Origin: the human T2T-CHM13v2.0 reference genome, Homo sapiens
Length of the DNA stretch: 64,000 nt
Assembly (NCBI RefSeq): GCF_009914755.1
Contig: NC_060935.1
Direction: 5' to 3' (one strand)
Below are positions 58,040 to 64,000 of the stretch, in pieces. Under the pieces are notes generated by a model. The model did not search any database and was not told where the DNA came from. It saw nothing but the letters and a program-made list of their open reading frames with translations. The translations under genes were made by a program, and so were the position numbers. Every line of letters starts with the position of its first letter. Position 1 is the stretch's first letter.

Positions 58040-58635
58040 GGGTATTAGTTATCTATTGATGCATAACAAATTGGCCCCAAAATTGCTGGCTTAAAACAAC
58101 AAACCTTCTTTTTTTTAATCTTGCAGTTTCTATAGGACAGGAATCTGGGTGCAATTTACCTGAGTCTTCTGGCTCAAGGTATCTCACAAGGTTGTAATCA
58201 AGGCATCAGCCAGGGATGCAGTAATCTCAATACTTCACTAGGGGAAGATTCACTTACAAGCTCATTGCCTGATTGTTGGCAGAGTTCAGTTCCTTACAGG
58301 TTATTGGACTGAAGGCCTCAGTTCTGTTCTTGCTGTTGGCCAGATGCTTCCTTCAGTTTCTTGCCACCTAGGCTTTCTCCATAGGAGAGTAGCACACAAC
58401 GTACTAACAGGCTTACATCAGAGCGATCAAACAAGAGCACAAGAGAGGATGAACAAGAAGGAACCTAGGGCCATTTGTAACCTTATCTTGGAATTGGCCA
58501 TGACTTTTGTTATATCCTAGTTGTTAGAGATGAGTCACTAAGTCCAGCCTACACTTAAGGGAATGAAATTACATAAGGGCATGAATACCGGGAGTCAGGG
58601 ATTTTTTGGATCCATTTTGGAGGCTGCGTACCACA
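58040..58635 (-). mobile_element. MLT1 (E/F-like) LTR
   Basis: gtattagttatctattg...ggcttaaaacaacaaac...gaggctgcgtaccaca. Confidence 0.8.
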
Positions 58636-58846
58636 GGCATTGTGGTAAACAACCTAGCTTAGAAGCCTCACTTTCCACAGAAATCAATAGCTCTTGTAAA
58701 ACTCCACAAGCTCAGCTTCCAGGCTCCCCTCAAAAGACATGGCATTACAAGAGTTAACATACTAAGAAAGTCTAAGATATTGCCTTCACATAGGGTATTT
58801 ATAATTCATATATAGTTTCTTCTATAATAGTAGTTGCTCAATCTTC

Positions 58847-59159
<313 letters not shown>

Positions 59160-59567
59160 ACTCAATCATTTTTATCACAAGCAATGTCACTTAGCAATAT
59201 ATTAATAGTTGTCATACTACCCTTATCAGATCACCAGGAAAATAGGTAGAAAGATTAAGAAAAATCAAACTATCTTTGCCCACCACATAAAGTAAATATT
59301 TTTGTAAGTCAAGGATATTCAAATATTTGCAAATTAATATGGTGCAAACTAACATTATATTTTAATTAATATATATGGCTATCAAATTTAACTGAATTGG
59401 ACTTGCAAACTCAAGTTTGCAAACAAACAATCAAACAAACAATATAAAGCCAGGAAACAGTATAGGATGCAAATATTGACTTTTCTGGAGAGAAAACTGG
59501 GAAAAATCAGGCCTGCAGTAGCTGATAGCTAGCAGAATGAATTTGTCACACACTAAGAATAATTGGA

Positions 59568-59692
59568 TAGATATACCTAATGTAAATGACGAGTTAATGG
59601 GTGCAGCACACCAACATGACACATGTATACATATGTAACAAACCTACACGTTGTGCACATGTACCCTAGAACTTAAAGTATAATTTTAAAAA
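59568..59692 (+). mobile_element. Short L1PA4/5 3' stub
   Basis: 13-bp TSD AAGAATAATTGGA at 59555-59567 and 59693-59705. Confidence 0.95.
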
Positions 59693-60691
59693 AAGAATAA
59701 TTGGAGAAAATCTGCTGCACTGTAGTTGTACTGTAGTACAGGTGATATATTCATAAAAAATTAATTATTTAACAAATGTTTATTGCTGTGGAGGCCCAAT
59801 TTCAGTTCAGGTGACTTAAACAAAATTGTTTGAACACCACTATATACTAGGAAGTGTGGTAAGAGCTAGAAATAGAAATGTATAAGGCATGGTCCCTGAC
59901 CTCAATAAACCGATGTGCTTATATTTAGTGAACTTCTATTGTATTGCAGACATTATGCTAGCAGCTAAGGAGAAAAAAGATAAATGAAATATGGGCTCCA
60001 CACTCAAAGTATTTATGAACAAACAGAGCTAGACATAAAAAGTTATCACTTTATAAACAAGGCAGGGAGTGCCAGAAATGTGGCTGAAGAGGTGGGAATA
60101 GCGCGAATGACAGGGAGCTTTGTAAGCTAAGCTAAGGCAGTCAGTGAGAAGTCATTGAAGGTTTTCATCAAGATAATAATGTGATCAAAAATATAATGTT
60201 TGCTGCTGTGTGCATGATGGATATAAGGGAGATCAGTGTGAATTCAGAAATATACATATTTGTAGAGAGGAAAAGGATCTAAATTAAGGCAATGGGAGAG
60301 GAATGGAAACTTTCTTTCTTCAGCTTCTGCTCACAGAGATACACAAATCAATCCAGAAATTCACCTCTCCCTTAATCAGCCACCATACACAAGCATTGCT
60401 GCCTTAGCTCTCCCCACTCTGCCCCCATCATTACTTCCACCGATGGCAAAGTCCCATCACATGACTCATTCAGGCAGACTTTTGCCCAGTGTCTAGTAAA
60501 TAGTAGATACCCAAAACAACTGTTTTGGCTTGACCACATGAATCAGGGAAGTGCTTCAGAGTGGACACATGCCTTGCCTCCTGTTTTGCTGACTTCCTCA
60601 TAACTTGGCAAAAGTTCATGGCCTTGGAATGAAGGAACTTGGGGAAAAAAAAAAAAAGCATCTGCATTCTGTGTATGCAGCACTGTTTTGA

Positions 60692-61205
<514 letters not shown>

Positions 61206-61682
61206 TAAGTCATACACATTTTTTGGTTTCCCAGTGCATATAAAAGTTATACCATGTTGCAGTCTTTGAAGTGTGCAATAGCATTATGTCCCAATATAAT
61301 GTATAGATCTCAATTTTAAAATATTTCATTGATTTAAAATATGCTAAAGATCATCTAAGCCTTCAGCAAGTCATCATATTTTTGCTGGTGGAAAGTCTTT
61401 TGTAGATGTTGATGGCTGCTGTCAGATCAAGAGGTGGTTGCTAAAGGTTGGAGTGGCCATGGGAAATTCTGAAAATAAGAAAGCAGTGTAGATTGGTGCA
61501 TCAAGTGACTCTTTTTTTTTTTTCATTAAAGATTTATCTGTGGCGTGCAATGCTGTTTGATAGCATTTTACCCACAATAGAACTTCTTTCAAATTTGGAG
61601 TCAATCCTCTCAAACTCTGCCACTGCTTTATGAACTAAGTTTATGGAATATGCTAAATCCTTTGCTGTCATTTCAATGTTCA

Positions 61683-62023
<341 letters not shown>

Positions 62024-62924
62024 GATATCACTTACTTTACTCATCCATAAGAAGCAACTCCTCATCTGCTCTGCTTAACTTTTATCCGGGATTGCAGCAA
62101 TTCAGTCATATCTTTAGGCTCCACTTTTTGAATAGTAAATGAGCATTGGCTTCAACTTAAAGTCACAAGCTGCATTATCCCCTAATAAGAAAGTCAATAT
62201 GCCTTTTGAAGCTTTGAAGACAGGCATGAACTTCTCTGTAGCTGTGAAAGTCCTAGATGGCATTTTCTTTCAATAGAAAGCTGTTTTGTCCACATTGAAA
62301 AACCTGGCATTTAGTGCAACTATCTTCATCAACAATCTTGGCTGGATCTTCCGGATAAATTGCCGCAGCATCTACATCAGCCCTGCTGCTTTGCCTTGTA
62401 CGTTTATGTTATAGAGATGGCTTCTTTCCTTAAACCTCATGAATCAACCTCTGCTAGCTTCCAACTTTTCTTCGGCAGCTTTCTCAACTCTGTCAGCCTT
62501 CATAGAATTAAAGAGAGTTAAGTCCTTGCTCTGGATTAGTCTTTGGCTTAAGGGAATGTTGTGGCTGGTTTGATCTTCTATCCAGACCACTAAAACATTC
62601 TCCATATCAGCAATAAGGCTGTTTTACTTTCTTATCATTTGTGTGTTCACTGGAGTAGCACTTTTAATTTCCTTCAAGAAATTTTCCTTTACATTCACAA
62701 CTTGGCTAACCGTTTAGCAAAAGGGGCCTAGATTTTGACCTATCTTGACTTTTGACATGCCTTCCTCACTAAGCTTAATCATTTTTAGCTTTGATTTAAA
62801 GTGAGAGATGTGCAGCTCTTCCTTTCACTTCAATATTTAGAAGCCATTGTAAGGTTATTAACTGGTCTAGCTTTAATATTGTTGTGTCTCAGGGAAGAGA
62901 GAGGCCTAAGGAGGGGGGCATGAG

Positions 62925-62950
62925 GGAGAGAGACAGAGAGAAATGAGAGT

Positions 62951-63006
<56 letters not shown>
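62925..63006. repeat. (GA)n microsatellite
   Basis: Long gagaga run inside Tigger1. Confidence 0.95.
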
Positions 63007-63011
<5 letters not shown>

Positions 63012-63335
63012 GAACAGCCAGTCAGTGGAGCAGTCAGAAGACCCACAACATTTATCTGTTAAGTTTCTTATCTTCATAGGTGTGGTACATGGAACCCCAA
63101 AACAATTACCGTAGTAACATCAGAGATCACTGATCACAGATCATCATAATAGATATAATAATAATGAAACATTTGAAATATTGTAAGAGTTACCAAAATG
63201 TGACAGAGATATGAAATGTGACACAGAGACATTTTTCCACATGCTGTTGGAAAAATGGTGCCAATAGGCTTGGTCAACACACGGTCACCACAAATTTTCA
63301 GTTTGTAAAAGATGTGCAATACAATTGAATTATGT

Positions 63336-63491
63336 GGCTGTGGTTGTTCATGCCTGTAATCCCAGTTTCTCAGGAGGCTAAGGCAGGAAGATTGCCTGGG
63401 CCCAGCAGGTTGAGGCTGTAGTGATCTGTGATCACACCACTGCACTCCAGCCTGGGCAGCAGAGCAACCTCAGCTCAAAGAAAAAAAAAAA
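63336..63491 (+). mobile_element. Monomeric Alu (FRAM/FAM-like or single AluJ arm)
   Basis: A single ~155-bp arm with A-tail, inside the Tigger1 subterminal region. Confidence 0.8.
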
Positions 63492-63912
63492 GGTATGCCT
63501 ATATGTGCCAAGAACTGTAGGACAGGAAATTGAATCATACACAGGACTCACCTTATTAGATGAGTTTGCATTTTAATAGGAAAGATATGATGAATAAAAT
63601 ACATAAATAGATGATGATGAATGATTAGATAGAACAGATAGAAGATAGATTATAAATTGATTAGTGGTCAAACATAGCAGGTTTTAAAATATAAGAATAA
63701 AAAGAGTTTTGTCAGGGCATAGAGGGAAGACAGATTATCATCTCTGCCAAGAGTAGACAAGTTAATTTCACAGAAGGGCCCTGTCAGAGCTGGATATTGA
63801 AAGATGAAGAGTAGTTTAACAATTAGAGAAGAGAATGGGAGAAAATCCAAACTTGTTCAAAAAGAAGCAACACACTAAGCAAGAACACACAATTATGATT
63901 AAGAAAACTGCT

Positions 63913-64000
63913 GGCCGGGCACGGTGACTCGCGCCTGTAATCCCAGCACTTTTGAGAGGCCGAGGCAGGCGGATCACGAGATCAGGAGATCGAGACAATC
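63913..64000 (+). mobile_element. Alu (Y/Sc-like) 5' end, runs off the window
   Basis: ggccgggcacggtgactcgcgcctgtaatcccagc...ggatcacgagatcaggagatcgagac. Confidence 0.9.

Noticed and set aside
59403-59422. Hairpin TTGCAAACT-CA-AGTTTGCAA
   Set aside because: An isolated 9-bp stem with no supporting context

Overview
AT-rich, gene-poor primate (human or great-ape type) genomic DNA, intergenic or deep intronic. Roughly half or more is interspersed repeats: L1 of many ages (L1PA3-7, older L1P, L1MA, L1MB/MC/ME), Alu (J, S, Y), MIR, L2, MaLR/ERVL/ERV1 LTRs and Tigger DNA transposons. I see no host protein-coding exon, RNA gene or CpG island. Every recognisable ORF is a decayed L1 ORF1/ORF2 piece or a repeat/microsatellite artefact. 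I did not find a new gene system. The notable content is DNA-rearrangement history that can be read at base level. It includes three twin-primed (5'-inverted) L1s (one only ~126 bp), a probable 3' transduction, and several ultra-short L1PA stubs ending next to the G-rich 3'UTR tract. There is also an older L1 scrambled into three permuted pieces, two locally templated insertions, and several (TA)n tracts that have copied or inverted their flanks. Subfamily names come from remembered consensus diagnostics, not from a RepeatMasker/Dfam run.
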